From NCBI GenBank assembly GCA_020845455.1, contig JADLFO010000115.1, forward strand, positions 6,235-70,234: DNA of 64,000 nucleotides, read 5' to 3'. A program made the position numbers and the translations under genes. Below are positions 1 through 10,245 of this stretch, in pieces (positions within the stretch are counted from its first letter, which is position 1; the number at the start of each line of letters is the position of its first letter). Origin of the DNA: Caldilineaceae bacterium. Its GTDB lineage: Bacteria; Chloroflexota; Anaerolineae; Caldilineales; Caldilineaceae. The notes beneath the pieces were generated by a model. It saw nothing but the letters and a program-made list of their open reading frames with translations, was not told where the DNA came from and did not search any database.

Positions 1-148
1 GCCGGGGCGCTATCCAGTGCAGGCGCTGGTCTACGATGGGGCGACCGGTGCACCAGTCGAGGCGCGGGTCGCGGGCGCAGCAGTGGACTCACCGCTGATC
101 CCGTTGGCCCGCCTGGTATATGACCAAGGCGCTTGGTCGCATGAATAA
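1..148 (+). CDS. 3' end of a gene that starts upstream of the window; it encodes the same C-terminal 'PGxY-x5-YD' module that ends the GT-C paralogs downstream
   Basis: Frame 2 is open from nt 2 and reads ...PGRYPVQALVYDGATGAPVEARVAGAAVDSPLIPLARLVYDQGAWSHE, with stop TAA at 146-148. PGRY..YD matches PRGRYTLQMGMYD (173..2200) and PGEYRLLVGWYD (7597..10227). Confidence 0.5.
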   Translation, partial: PGRYPVQALVYDGATGAPVEARVAGAAVDSPLIPLARLVYDQGAWSHE

Positions 149-172
149 ACCGAAAATCAACCTAAGCGACGC

Positions 173-2200
173 ATGACAAATAAGATTGCACTTGCTACCC
201 ATGACACAGTTCAGGCTGAGAAGGACACTCTATCCACATCCACTACTCACGCGCGGCGCGGGCTGTGGGCGCTGGCCGCGCTGGTGGCAGTTTCGCTGCT
301 GCCGCGCCTCTACTTTGTGCTGACCAACAGCCTGGGCTATGACGAGACGCACAACCTGATGTTTGCTACGCTGGCGAGCCGCGGGGCCGCGCCCTATCGC
401 GAGGTCTTTACCGGCATCGCCCCTTTCGCCCTGTTGAGCATCGAATGGAGCGTCCTGCTGTGGGGGAGCGGCCCCCAAGTTCGCCTGCTGATGATGACCT
501 ACGGCGTCTTGGCGGTGGCGGCCCTGTTCGCCATCGTCTACCGCCAGACCAAGACGCAGCCGTTGGTGGCGGCTGCGCTGGCCGCGCTGCTCTTTTCCTT
601 CCACCCGCTCTATTTCAGCGGGTCGACGACCATCAATCTGGAGTCGGCGGCGCTGGCCTTTGGGCTGCTGTCGCTCTGGGCCATGAAAGAGTACCGCAAC
701 CACCCGGCCCCCTGGCGTCTGCTGCTCTCCGGCCTGCTCTTTGGGCTGAGCATGGCGATCAAGGTCTTTGTTCCCTTTGTGCCTGCGGTCGTGCTGGTAC
801 AGATGGTGCAGCACTGGCAGGCGGCAAACGAGGGTCGCCCGCTGCGCCATGCCTGGCCCGCGCTGCTGCGCATGGGGCTGTGGTGGGCGGCGGGCGCGCT
901 GGCCGTCTTGCTGGTCTTTATTCTGCTCTTCGACCCGGTCTTGGTCTATCAACAGGTCGTCGCTTTCCGGCTGGACCTGCGCCATGAGGAGGATGTCGAG
1001 GAAGTTCGCGAGTGGGCCGAATTTGCGCAGTTTGTGCCGCTCTTTTTGGGCGCGCTCTGGGGGCTGTTCAGCCTGCGCCGCGATTCGGCGGTCTGGGTCT
1101 GGGTGGCCTGGCTGCTGTTCGGCTCACTCTTTCTCTCGCTGCACACGCCCCTGCGCACACGCCATCTGATCATCCTGCTGCCGGCCTTGGCTGCGCTCAG
1201 CGGCATGGCCGTCGCTAATGCCCTGGCTGCGCCGCGGCGCGCCTTGCGGCTGGGCGTGGCCGCGCTCACGGCGCTGGTTCTGGTCTGGATGGTAACCGCG
1301 GCGGGACAGGCGGCGCGCACCGAAAACTTCACCGACCATCATCCGGTGCGCCGCCTTTTGATCGACTACATTCGGGCGACCACGGCCCCGGACGACTGCA
1401 TCGTCTCTAAGGAGAACCGGCTGCACTTTCTGACCGGGCGGCTCTCGACGCCCTATCTGTCCGAGGTCTCTTCGGCGCGGCTGGCGGTGGGGCTGCTCAA
1501 AGCGCCCGACATCATGGCCGAGATCGACCGCCATGACTGCGCGCTGTTGGCCAACGCCGCCGCCTTCAGCGAACTGGTTCCCGACCTGCGCCAGATGGCG
1601 ATCGACTACTTCAGCCTGCATCTGGTGCAGTTTCACCCGGACGAGCCTCGATATGACCAGGAGATCTTTGCCGTCCCGCCCGACAGCGACGTGCCGGCCG
1701 GCCAGACGGCGGACTACCGGCTGGGCGACCAGTTTCGTCTGGCCGGTTGGTGGATCACGCCGGGGGCGTGGCGGCGCGGCGGCCAGGCGCAGGTCGCTGC
1801 CTATTGGGAGACGCTGCGCCCGCCCGACGCCAATTACAAGATCTTCCTGCATCTGGTCGATGCACAGGGCAGCACGGTGCAGAGCTTTGACCACTACCCC
1901 TTCGAACTGCGCGAGGAGTTTGGCATCCGGCACTATAGCCTCAACCCGCGCTATCTGACCACGCGCAAACTGCCCGGCAACTATCCCTACACCGGGCTGA
2001 TCCCGACCGAGCTTTGGCTGCCGGGCCACACGCTCAAAGAGACGCACAGCATCACCCTCCCGCCCGATCTGCCGCGGGGGCGCTATACCTTGCAGATGGG
2101 GATGTATGACGAGGGCAGCATGGCGCGGTTGCCGGTCTTTGCCGCTGGGGATGAGACCGACCTGGGGTCTGTGTCGTTGGGCAGCGTGGAGATTCGGTGA
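173..2200 (+). CDS. Polytopic GT-C-fold membrane glycosyltransferase (ArnT/PMT, GT39-like) with a soluble C-terminal module
   Basis: 675-aa ORF. The N-terminal ~500 aa is multi-pass hydrophobic. The acidic first-loop motif LGYDETHN follows TM1, as in ArnT/PMT enzymes. The C-terminal module reads FRLAGWW..AAYWETL..YKIFLHLVD..PTELWLPG..PRGRYTLQMGMYDEGSMARLPVF. The stop overlaps the next start (GTGA at 2197-2200). Confidence 0.8.
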   Translation: MTNKIALATHDTVQAEKDTLSTSTTHARRGLWALAALVAVSLLPRLYFVLTNSLGYDETHNLMFATLASRGAAPYREVFTGIAPFALLSIEWSVLLWGSGPQVRLLMMTYGVLAVAALFAIVYRQTKTQPLVAAALAALLFSFHPLYFSGSTTINLESAALAFGLLSLWAMKEYRNHPAPWRLLLSGLLFGLSMAIKVFVPFVPAVVLVQMVQHWQAANEGRPLRHAWPALLRMGLWWAAGALAVLLVFILLFDPVLVYQQVVAFRLDLRHEEDVEEVREWAEFAQFVPLFLGALWGLFSLRRDSAVWVWVAWLLFGSLFLSLHTPLRTRHLIILLPALAALSGMAVANALAAPRRALRLGVAALTALVLVWMVTAAGQAARTENFTDHHPVRRLLIDYIRATTAPDDCIVSKENRLHFLTGRLSTPYLSEVSSARLAVGLLKAPDIMAEIDRHDCALLANAAAFSELVPDLRQMAIDYFSLHLVQFHPDEPRYDQEIFAVPPDSDVPAGQTADYRLGDQFRLAGWWITPGAWRRGGQAQVAAYWETLRPPDANYKIFLHLVDAQGSTVQSFDHYPFELREEFGIRHYSLNPRYLTTRKLPGNYPYTGLIPTELWLPGHTLKETHSITLPPDLPRGRYTLQMGMYDEGSMARLPVFAAGDETDLGSVSLGSVEIR

Positions 2201-4791
2201 GGAGCGCGGTTGTCCTGGTCTTGATCGGGGCGCCGGCGGCGCATGGGCTGCTGTGGCCGGCGCTGCCCCTGACCGTGCCTCTGATTGTGCAGAGTGCGGC
2301 CGCGCTGCTGATCACCGGTCTGCTGCCCGGCTGGCTCCTGGTCGAATGGCTGGTGGGCGGCCGCGCCGCTGCCCCGCTGGGGCTGTGGGAGCGCAGCGTC
2401 TACAGCCTGGGTGCGGGCGCAAGCGTAACCGTGGTGGGGATGCTGCTCCTGAGCTATCTGCCCGGCCCGATCTTGCCCTGGCAGGTGTTGGCGGCGTTCG
2501 ATGCGCTGACCGTGGCGCTGGCGCTGCTGATCTGGCGGCGGGCGGCGAGCACAGTGCAGGCGGGGCCGGGCCGAATGCCCGCGCCGGATGGATGGCCGCC
2601 GCTGCGTCTGGGGACAGGGCCGGCCGCCGGGCTGCTGGCGCTGGCGCTGGCGGCCGGGTTCCTGCGGCTGCCCAACCTGGGCTATTCGGAATTTCAGGGC
2701 GACGAGGCGACCGCGCTGCTGCGCACCGCCGAGGCGATCCAGGGTCGCGACGGCGCGCTGCTGCTGCATCTGAAGGGGCCGGGTGAAGTCCTGCTGCCCG
2801 CCGCGAGCTATGCGCTGCTGGGGCGCATCGACGAGACGACGGCGCGCCTGCCCTTTGCCCTGGTCAACCTGACCGGTCTCTTTGCCCTCTTTCTGCTCGG
2901 TCTGCGCCTCTTTGGCCCGGTAGCCGGTTGGAGCGCGGCCATGCTCTTGGCGCTGGACGGCTATTTCATCGGCTTTGCGCGCATCGTCCAATATCAGAGC
3001 CTCGTTTTTTGCATGGCGGTGCTGGCGGTGCTGGCCGTCTACCGGTTGGTGCGTCTGCCCCGGCTGTTGCCCGGCTATCTGCTGCTGGCCGCGCTCTTTC
3101 TGACCACCGGCCTGCTCGCCCACTATGAAGGCGCACTGGCCGGTCTGCCCGTGGCCTATCTGCTCTTTGTGCTGGGGCGCAGGGTGGGCGCGGGGCGGCT
3201 GGCGCGGGCGCTGGCGATCCCATTGGCGCTGGGCGCGGCGCTGCTGGGAGCCTTCTATCTGCCCTTTGTGCTGCACCCCAACTTTCGCATCACCTACGCC
3301 TATATCACCGTCAACCGCATCGGTGTTGGTTCTGGCGGGGGCAGCTTTCCCTATAACAACCTGGCCGATGTCTTTGACCGCACCCTGCTCTACAGCACCG
3401 TCTACTATGTGGCGCTGCTGGTGATCGTCACCGTCTGGGGGCTGATCGGTCTCTACCGGCGCAGCCTGCCCGCGGCTTGGGGCTGGGCCGTGGCCGCGCT
3501 GGTCGTCGCGGGTGTGGCGTTGAGTGTGGCGCGCCCTGCCTGGCTGCAGATCGGCGGGCAGGATCACACCTGGGCTTTTTTTGTCCTGGCGCTGGCCCCG
3601 GTCTGGTTTCTGCCTAGGCTCACGGTCGAAAAGCGGCTGGCCTGGCTTTGGTTTGGCGTGCCTCTGCTGGCGATGCTCTTTTTCATCCGCACGCCCAACA
3701 CGCATGTCTACGGCTTTTTCATCGGCTGGGCGCTGGTGGCGGGCAGCGTGATCCAGGCGGGCTGGGCGGCGCTGCGCGCCCGCTGGGGTTGGCGCGTCGC
3801 GACTTGGGCCGGGGCTGCGGCGGCGCTGGCGCTGACCCTGCTCTTTGGCAATTATGCCTATTGGTACTTTGTGGCGTCGGACCAAGAGGTGCTGCGCACT
3901 TGGCGCGACAGCCGACCGCGCGGCTATTGGGTCCCCTATACGATACCCACCGCCCTGTCGATCTTCGGCTTTCCGCTGCAGAACGGCTGGAAAACGCTGG
4001 GCGTGCTCTATGCCGAAGGCGCGCTCGACGCGCCCTTCGATACCAACGGCAAACCGCCCGTGGCCGAGTGGTACACGCGCGGCCAGGGCTACTGCCCGCG
4101 CGACCACGGCTATTTCGTCTGGCAGCAGCCGGTCGAACCCGCGGCGCAGGCGGACGCCCAGGCGCTGCGCGGCCAACTGGAGGCCGAGGGCTATCATCTG
4201 TGGGGGCAGGTGATGGTCAACGCGCAGCCCCGGCTGGCGATCTATCGACGGACCGGTCTTCCGCCGGCGGTGCAGAGTTTTTCCGCCGAGACGATGGCGG
4301 CGCGCTTTGACGCCGCGCTGTCCGGCCCTGTTTTTGAGCGCGTCGGGCCGACCGCCGTGCCCGCCATCGCCCATCCTCTCGACTTTCGCTTTGGCGATAC
4401 GATCCGGCTGGTGGGCTATACGCTGGCCCGCCAGGACGTACAGCCGGGCGGCCGCGTACATCTGACGCTCTATTGGCAGGCGAGCGCGCCCATCACGGCG
4501 GCCTACAGTGTCTTTACGCAGGTCATCGCCCCCGCCGACGCGACCAAGGCGGGCCAGCGTGACGGTGAACCGGGCTGCAACCTCGCCCCCACCTCTACCT
4601 GGCCGCCGGGCACGATCATCGCCGACCGCTATTCGATCCCGCTGGCGGAGGGGGCGCGGCCCGGAACCTATCAACTGTTGGTCGGCATGTATGGCCGCGA
4701 GAGCGGCGAACGGCTGGCGATCTTTAGCCCCAGCGGCGACCCGGTGGGCGACGCCCTGGGCATTGACGAAGTGCGGGTCGCCGCGCCATGA
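2197..4791 (+). CDS. Polytopic GT-C-fold membrane glycosyltransferase (ArnT/PMT-like) with a soluble C-terminal module
   Basis: 864-aa ORF with many hydrophobic helices and the loop motif LGYSEFQGDEATALLR. The C-terminal module reads IRLVGYTL..VHLTLYWQA..PTSTWPPG..PGTYQLLVGMYGRESGERLAIF. It overlaps the next gene by ATGA at 4788-4791. Confidence 0.8.
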   Translation: MRSAVVLVLIGAPAAHGLLWPALPLTVPLIVQSAAALLITGLLPGWLLVEWLVGGRAAAPLGLWERSVYSLGAGASVTVVGMLLLSYLPGPILPWQVLAAFDALTVALALLIWRRAASTVQAGPGRMPAPDGWPPLRLGTGPAAGLLALALAAGFLRLPNLGYSEFQGDEATALLRTAEAIQGRDGALLLHLKGPGEVLLPAASYALLGRIDETTARLPFALVNLTGLFALFLLGLRLFGPVAGWSAAMLLALDGYFIGFARIVQYQSLVFCMAVLAVLAVYRLVRLPRLLPGYLLLAALFLTTGLLAHYEGALAGLPVAYLLFVLGRRVGAGRLARALAIPLALGAALLGAFYLPFVLHPNFRITYAYITVNRIGVGSGGGSFPYNNLADVFDRTLLYSTVYYVALLVIVTVWGLIGLYRRSLPAAWGWAVAALVVAGVALSVARPAWLQIGGQDHTWAFFVLALAPVWFLPRLTVEKRLAWLWFGVPLLAMLFFIRTPNTHVYGFFIGWALVAGSVIQAGWAALRARWGWRVATWAGAAAALALTLLFGNYAYWYFVASDQEVLRTWRDSRPRGYWVPYTIPTALSIFGFPLQNGWKTLGVLYAEGALDAPFDTNGKPPVAEWYTRGQGYCPRDHGYFVWQQPVEPAAQADAQALRGQLEAEGYHLWGQVMVNAQPRLAIYRRTGLPPAVQSFSAETMAARFDAALSGPVFERVGPTAVPAIAHPLDFRFGDTIRLVGYTLARQDVQPGGRVHLTLYWQASAPITAAYSVFTQVIAPADATKAGQRDGEPGCNLAPTSTWPPGTIIADRYSIPLAEGARPGTYQLLVGMYGRESGERLAIFSPSGDPVGDALGIDEVRVAAP

Positions 4792-7346
4792 ACGCTCCCC
4801 TCACCCGCCAACGGCTGCTGCTGGCCGCGCTGGGGCTGGCGCTCTGTCTCTGGCTGCCGCGCGCCGCTGCGCTCGACCAGTTTGTCACCGCCGACGAACA
4901 CGCCTGGCTGGCGCGGTCGGGCAACTTCTACTATGCGCTGGCGCGCGGCGATTGGGCTAATACCTTTCAGCGCCATCACCCCGGCGTGACCGTGACCTGG
5001 GCCGGGCTGATGGGGTTTCTGATCCGCTATCCCCAATATGCCTGGGACGCGCCGGGGCAGTTTGGCTGGCTGACCGAAGAGATCGAGCCGTTTCTGCGCA
5101 GCCAAGGCCATGACCCGCTGGAACTTCTGGCCGCGGGGCGCAGCGTCGTCGTGGTGATCATCACCGCCACGCTGCTCGGCGTCTTTTGGCTGGCGGCGCG
5201 GCGCTTTGGGCTGTGGCCCGCTGTGCTGGGCGTCGGGCTGATCGCCTTTGACCCGTTTCACATCGCCCACTCGCGGCTGCTGCACCTCGACGGGCTGGTG
5301 AGCAGCCTCATGCTGCTGGCGGTGCTGGCCTGGCTCGACTATCTGGTCACACGCCAGCGGAGCACGTTGATCATCGCCGGGGTGGCGACCGGGCTGGCCT
5401 GGCTGACGCGCTCCCCGGCCTTTTTTCTGGGGCCGCTCTTGGTGGCGCTGACCGGGCTGGCGCTTGTGTGGCTGCCCGCCCAGGGCACGCCACGGCCCTG
5501 GGCGGCCTGGCTGCGCGGGGGCCTCATTTGGGGAGGGATCGCGGCAGGGGTCTTTGTGCTGCTCTGGCCCGCCATGTGGGTCGACCCGCTGGGCAGCCTG
5601 CGCCAAGTGCTGGACGCCGCCGAGGAGTACGCCGCCGAAGGGCACCTCAAACCGATCTTCTTCAACGGGGCCATCTATGCCGGCGACCCCGGCTTTGCCT
5701 TCTACCCGATCACCTATCTGTGGCGCAGCACGCCCATCACTTGGATCGGGCTGGCGCTGGCCGCGGGGGCCTTTGCGCTGCGCCGTGCCCCGCTGGAGAG
5801 CCGCCCGCGGCGGTTTGTGGCGGTGTCGCTGCTCGTCTATGCGTTGAGCTACATGCTCTTTATGAACCTGGGCGCCAAGAAGTTCGACCGCTATCTGCTG
5901 CCCAGCTATCTGCCGCTGGACCTGCTGGCTGGGCTGGGCTGGGGCGCGGCGCTGCTCTGGGCGCGGCAGGTTGCGATCCGCCGCGGCACGCTGCGCTATC
6001 TGCCGCCGGCCGCGGCCGCCATCGTGGCGGCGCAGGCCGCGCTGGCGCTGTCCACCTTTCCCTATTACCTGACCTATTACAACCCGCTGATGGGCGGCAG
6101 TGGGCGCGCGCCGCAGGTGATGATGATCGGCTGGGGCGAAGGCGCAGACGTGGCGGGCCGCTATCTGGATGCCAAACCCGACGCCGCCGCGCTGACGGTC
6201 GCCTCCGGCTATACCAACGGCCCTTTCTCCTATTTCTTCCGCGGGCGCACGCTGCCCATCACTTTCTGGCATAAGGCCGATTACGCCGTGCTCTTTGCCC
6301 AAGACTGGCAGCGCCAACTGCCCTCGCGCAAATCGGTCGCCTACTTTCAACACCTCACGCCCGAGCAGGTGATCACGCTCGACGGGCTGGACTACGCTCA
6401 CATCTATAACCTGGGCAGTGCGCCCCTCCCCGACTATGTGACCGGCTGGCGCATGGCGGATGATGGCGCGCCGGATGGTGGCGCGCCGGATCATGAAGTG
6501 ATCCGGCTGGTCACCTTCCAACTGCCCGCCGCGCCGGTGCAGCCGGGCGAGACGGTGCGCACCGTCTTCTATCTGGTCAACCAGGGGCCGATTGCGACCA
6601 ACCTCAACGTGCTGGTGCGCGTGGTGGGGCATGACGGCGCGGAGATCGCGCGCGCTGAGGGCTGGCCCTGGGGCGCGGCCACCAGCGGTTGGCAGCAAGG
6701 CGTCGTCTGGCCCGATGGTCATGACCTGGCGATCCCTGCCGATACGCCGCCCGGCTATTACCGTGTCGAACTGGGCTTCTATGATCCAGAGACGCAGGCG
6801 ATGCTGCCCGCCTTCCAACTCGCCGGCGGCGCAGAATTGGGCGATCTGGTCACGGTCGACACGATCCAGGTGGGCGACTTGCCCGACCCGCCGCAGCCGC
6901 TGACGCCGCCCGCGCTCATGGGCGGGCAGATCGCGCTGCTGGGGGCCGGCTGGCAGAACGGCGACGGCCCCGCCTGGGGGTCGCACGCGCCCACACTGTC
7001 GCCCGGCGACACGCTGCGAGTGGAACTCACCTGGCAGGCGCAGACCTGGCCCGCGACCGACTATACCGCCTTTGTCCATCTGGTGGGGCCCGACGGCAGC
7101 CTGGCGGCGCAAATGGATAAACCGCCGCTGGGCGGCTTTCTGCCCACCAGCACCTGGATGCCCGGCCAACGCGTGGTGGACAACTTTGTCTTGGCGCTGC
7201 CCGCCGGCGTCGTGCCGGGCGACTACCGGCTGCTGACCGGCTTCTATGACCCGGCGAGCGGGGCGCGGCTGGCGGTGACCCAGGGGGATCAGCCCGTGGG
7301 CGATGCGTTTGAACTGGCGACTGTGCCTGTCCAGGCCGCGCCGTGA
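4788..7346 (+). CDS. Polytopic GT-C-fold membrane glycosyltransferase (GT39/ArnT-like) with two tandem C-terminal modules
   Basis: 852-aa ORF with loop motif LDQFVTADEHAWLARSGNFY. It is clearly paralogous to 7597..10227 (shared HPGVT, AFDPF, KKFDRYLLP, YYNPLMGG, IGWGEG). Two module copies end in PPGYYRVELGFYDPETQAMLPAF and PGDYRLLTGFYDPASGARLAV. Confidence 0.85.
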   Translation: MNAPLTRQRLLLAALGLALCLWLPRAAALDQFVTADEHAWLARSGNFYYALARGDWANTFQRHHPGVTVTWAGLMGFLIRYPQYAWDAPGQFGWLTEEIEPFLRSQGHDPLELLAAGRSVVVVIITATLLGVFWLAARRFGLWPAVLGVGLIAFDPFHIAHSRLLHLDGLVSSLMLLAVLAWLDYLVTRQRSTLIIAGVATGLAWLTRSPAFFLGPLLVALTGLALVWLPAQGTPRPWAAWLRGGLIWGGIAAGVFVLLWPAMWVDPLGSLRQVLDAAEEYAAEGHLKPIFFNGAIYAGDPGFAFYPITYLWRSTPITWIGLALAAGAFALRRAPLESRPRRFVAVSLLVYALSYMLFMNLGAKKFDRYLLPSYLPLDLLAGLGWGAALLWARQVAIRRGTLRYLPPAAAAIVAAQAALALSTFPYYLTYYNPLMGGSGRAPQVMMIGWGEGADVAGRYLDAKPDAAALTVASGYTNGPFSYFFRGRTLPITFWHKADYAVLFAQDWQRQLPSRKSVAYFQHLTPEQVITLDGLDYAHIYNLGSAPLPDYVTGWRMADDGAPDGGAPDHEVIRLVTFQLPAAPVQPGETVRTVFYLVNQGPIATNLNVLVRVVGHDGAEIARAEGWPWGAATSGWQQGVVWPDGHDLAIPADTPPGYYRVELGFYDPETQAMLPAFQLAGGAELGDLVTVDTIQVGDLPDPPQPLTPPALMGGQIALLGAGWQNGDGPAWGSHAPTLSPGDTLRVELTWQAQTWPATDYTAFVHLVGPDGSLAAQMDKPPLGGFLPTSTWMPGQRVVDNFVLALPAGVVPGDYRLLTGFYDPASGARLAVTQGDQPVGDAFELATVPVQAAP

Positions 7347-7508
7347 GGCAGGGAGACCATGGGTCATCCCGGCATTTGCGCGCCTATGGGCGCTGCATGT
7401 GCGGCTAGAAAACTGCACCGATGCGAAAGCCCCATTGATGGGGCGTGGTTCCTTGGCCCGGCAGCTTTAGCTCCGGGCGGGCTGAATTGCGTGCCAAGCC
7501 GTGTGGTT

Positions 7509-7538
7509 TTCAAAACGCCTGCCCGCGTGTGATATGAT
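7509..7538 (+). promoter_or_regulatory. Candidate sigma70-type promoter for 7597..10227
   Basis: TTCAAA (7509-7514), an 18-nt spacer, then TATGAT (7533-7538) preceded by TGA (an extended -10 TGnTATGAT). It lies in the only sizeable gap (250 bp) of the GT-C array. Confidence 0.35.
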
Positions 7539-7596
7539 GCACGTTGCTTTGGGGGGAGCAGAGGCGCCCCCGTGTGTCCATTGAGGAGAGTTTATT

Positions 7597-10227
7597 GTGT
7601 TAGAGAATATCAACCGCGCTGAGGCCGGTTTGCCGGTGGCCTCGACCGCCGGTAAAGCGATAGCGCAGCGCCAGAGCCGCGTGGGGGCGCATACCCGGCT
7701 TGCCACCCTGATCGCCGTAGCGGTCGTCGCGCTGGCGATCTGGCTGCCGCGCGCCTTTCAACTCGACCACTTTGTGACGATCGACGAGAGCAAATGGTTG
7801 GTGCGCGCCGGGAACTTCTACCAAGCGGTGGACAGCAGGACCTATGAGAACACCTTCCAGCACGGCCATCCGGGCGTGACGATCATGTATGCAGGGCTGG
7901 CGGGCTATCTGTGGCGCTTCCCCGACTATATTGAGAAGGTCGGCAGCCAGCAGCTTTGGAGCGACGAGTTCGCCCAGGCGCTAGAGTCCAACGGACACCA
8001 GCCGATCGATATGCTGGCCGCGGGACGCACCTTTATCGTCCTCTTCAATGTCATCGCCCTGTCGGTTGCCTTTGTCTATGCCATCAACCTGCTGGGTTTT
8101 TTACCCGCCCTGCTCGGCTTTTTGCTGATCGCCTTTGACCCCTTCCAGACGGCGCTTTCGCGCTTTTTGCATCCCGACAGCCTGCTCAGCCCCTTTATGC
8201 TGCTGGCGGCGTTTGCGTTGATGCACTATCTCTTTGCTGGGCGGCGGCTGCGCGACCTGATCGTCGCCGGCGCAGTCACCGGGCTGGCGATGTTGACCAA
8301 GACCCCGGCGATCTTCCTGCTCCCGCTGGCCGGGCTGTTCTGCCTGATCGAACTGGCCGACCAGATCACGTCGCGGCCGGGCTGGCGCTGGCGGGAGTTT
8401 TTGCGCTGGTCGTCGCTGAGCCGCATCCTGCGCACGCTGTTGATCTGGGGCGGGGTGGCGGCGCTGGTCTTTGTGACCTTGTGGCCCGCCATGTGGGTCG
8501 CGCCCTGGCAGACCATCAGCCAGGTCTTTGGCATCTCCGCCTTCTATGCGACCTCCGGGCACGGCAGCCCGGTTTTTTTCAACGGCACGATCTACAACGG
8601 CAACCCCGGCGCCGACTTCTACCCGATCAACTTCCTGTGGCGCACCACGCCGGTGGTTATGCTTGGCATCCTGCTCTTGATCCCCGGTTTCTGGCTGACG
8701 CGGCGCATCCAAGACCGCCGCGTGCGTCTTACGGCGCTGGGCATCGCCTCGATGGCCTTTTTCTTTATGGTCTTTATGAGCCTGGGCGCCAAGAAGTTCG
8801 ACCGCTATTTGCTGCCGGTCTTTATGCCTGTGGACCTTCTGGCCGCGCTGGGGCTGGCGATGGTGGCGCAGCGGCTCTTTCAGGCGCGCAGCCTGGCATG
8901 GATGCGCGGCCTCACGATTGCGCTGCTGGCTGTGGCGGTGGGGGCGCAGGCATGGCAGTCGCTGCCCCTCTTTCCCTATTACATGGACTATTACAACCCG
9001 GTGATGGGCGGGCCGGCCAAGGCCCCGGACGTGATGTTCATCGGCTGGGGCGAAGGGCTGGACGAGGCGGCGCGCTACTTGAACGATACGATCGACGTAA
9101 AGACGAACACCGTCGCCTCGTGGTATGAGCGCGGGCCGTTCAGCTATTTCTACAAGGGCCTCTCTACGCCCGACGAGCGCATTTGGGAAGCCGACTACTC
9201 GGTGCTCTACCGGCACCAGTGGCAGCGCGAACTGCCGACGCGGCGCATGTTGTCCAACTTCGACCAGTTGACGCCCGAAAAGAGCATCTGGCTCAACGAT
9301 ATGGAATATGTGCGCGTCTATGATATGCAGAAGGCCCCGCCCGCCGACTATATGGTCGAATGGAACGATGCCCTGCGCCTCGTCTTTTATGAGAACGACT
9401 CCGGCTCGGTCTATCCGGGGATGTGGTATGACGTCAACCTGTTCTTCCTCAAGACTGCGCCGGTGGATGTGAACTACAACATGCTGATGCGCGTGGTCAA
9501 CCCCGCCGGGGATGAACTGATCAAGGTGGACGAATGGCCCAAGGGCTGGCCGACGACGCAGCTTCAGGTGGGCCAGGTCTTGACCGATGTGCGTCATGGC
9601 CTCTTTATCTCCGAGGTGACGCCGGTGGGACCCTATCGCATTGAGGTGAGCTTTTATGACCCGGCGACCTTCGACCGGCTGCCCGCCAGGTCGGTGCGCA
9701 CCGGCCAACCGGCGGCCGACCCCTATGTGCTAGACTATATGGTGGTGGGCGATTGGCCGCTTGCCCCGGCGGGGCGCATCAGCCCCGCGGTCAACCTGGG
9801 CGATCAGGTGGAACTCTACGGTGCGGACCTGGTTCAGCCCGACGGCACGACGCGCAAGCTGGACGACGTGACCGTTGCACCGGGAGAGAGCCTCACGCTG
9901 CGCCTCAACTGGAAGGCGCTGGACTTTATCTACCAGGATTACACCGTCTTTGTACATCTGGTGGGGCCGGACGGACGGCCGATTGTGCAGGGCGACAGCC
10001 AACCCATGCACGGCTTTATCCCAACCTCCTATTGGCCGCCGCATCAAAAGATGGCGGACGACCATATGCTGACGATCCCGGCGGATGCCGCGCCCGGCGA
10101 ATATCGTCTGCTGGTCGGCTGGTATGACCTGGAGAGCCTGCAGCGGCTGCCCATGACGCAGGGGCAGAAAGCGATCGGCGACGCCTATCAGGTCGCGACT
10201 GTGACTGTGCAGGCGGCTGCCCGTTAG
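7597..10227 (+). CDS. Polytopic GT-C-fold membrane glycosyltransferase (GT39/ArnT-like) with two tandem C-terminal modules
   Basis: 876-aa ORF with GTG start at 7597, 6 nt after GAGGAGAG (7584-7590). Loop motif LDHFVTIDESKWLVRAGNFY. Paralog of 4788..7346. Module copies end in PVGPYRIEVSFYDPATFDRLPA and PGEYRLLVGWYDLESLQRLPM. Confidence 0.85.
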   Translation: MLENINRAEAGLPVASTAGKAIAQRQSRVGAHTRLATLIAVAVVALAIWLPRAFQLDHFVTIDESKWLVRAGNFYQAVDSRTYENTFQHGHPGVTIMYAGLAGYLWRFPDYIEKVGSQQLWSDEFAQALESNGHQPIDMLAAGRTFIVLFNVIALSVAFVYAINLLGFLPALLGFLLIAFDPFQTALSRFLHPDSLLSPFMLLAAFALMHYLFAGRRLRDLIVAGAVTGLAMLTKTPAIFLLPLAGLFCLIELADQITSRPGWRWREFLRWSSLSRILRTLLIWGGVAALVFVTLWPAMWVAPWQTISQVFGISAFYATSGHGSPVFFNGTIYNGNPGADFYPINFLWRTTPVVMLGILLLIPGFWLTRRIQDRRVRLTALGIASMAFFFMVFMSLGAKKFDRYLLPVFMPVDLLAALGLAMVAQRLFQARSLAWMRGLTIALLAVAVGAQAWQSLPLFPYYMDYYNPVMGGPAKAPDVMFIGWGEGLDEAARYLNDTIDVKTNTVASWYERGPFSYFYKGLSTPDERIWEADYSVLYRHQWQRELPTRRMLSNFDQLTPEKSIWLNDMEYVRVYDMQKAPPADYMVEWNDALRLVFYENDSGSVYPGMWYDVNLFFLKTAPVDVNYNMLMRVVNPAGDELIKVDEWPKGWPTTQLQVGQVLTDVRHGLFISEVTPVGPYRIEVSFYDPATFDRLPARSVRTGQPAADPYVLDYMVVGDWPLAPAGRISPAVNLGDQVELYGADLVQPDGTTRKLDDVTVAPGESLTLRLNWKALDFIYQDYTVFVHLVGPDGRPIVQGDSQPMHGFIPTSYWPPHQKMADDHMLTIPADAAPGEYRLLVGWYDLESLQRLPMTQGQKAIGDAYQVATVTVQAAAR

Positions 10228-10245
10228 CCGTACCGCATAGGAAAA

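Noticed and set aside
2083-4674. Very long antisense ORFs opposite real genes (2083..4674, 4671..7418, 8101..9708, 1124..2047, 45099..47015, 51663..54329, 47103..48461 and many shorter ones)
   Set aside because: Their translations are dominated by Arg/Gly/Gln/Pro/His/Ala runs with no motifs. That is typical of shadow ORFs in high-GC DNA, and the opposite strand encodes proteins with clear family signatures.
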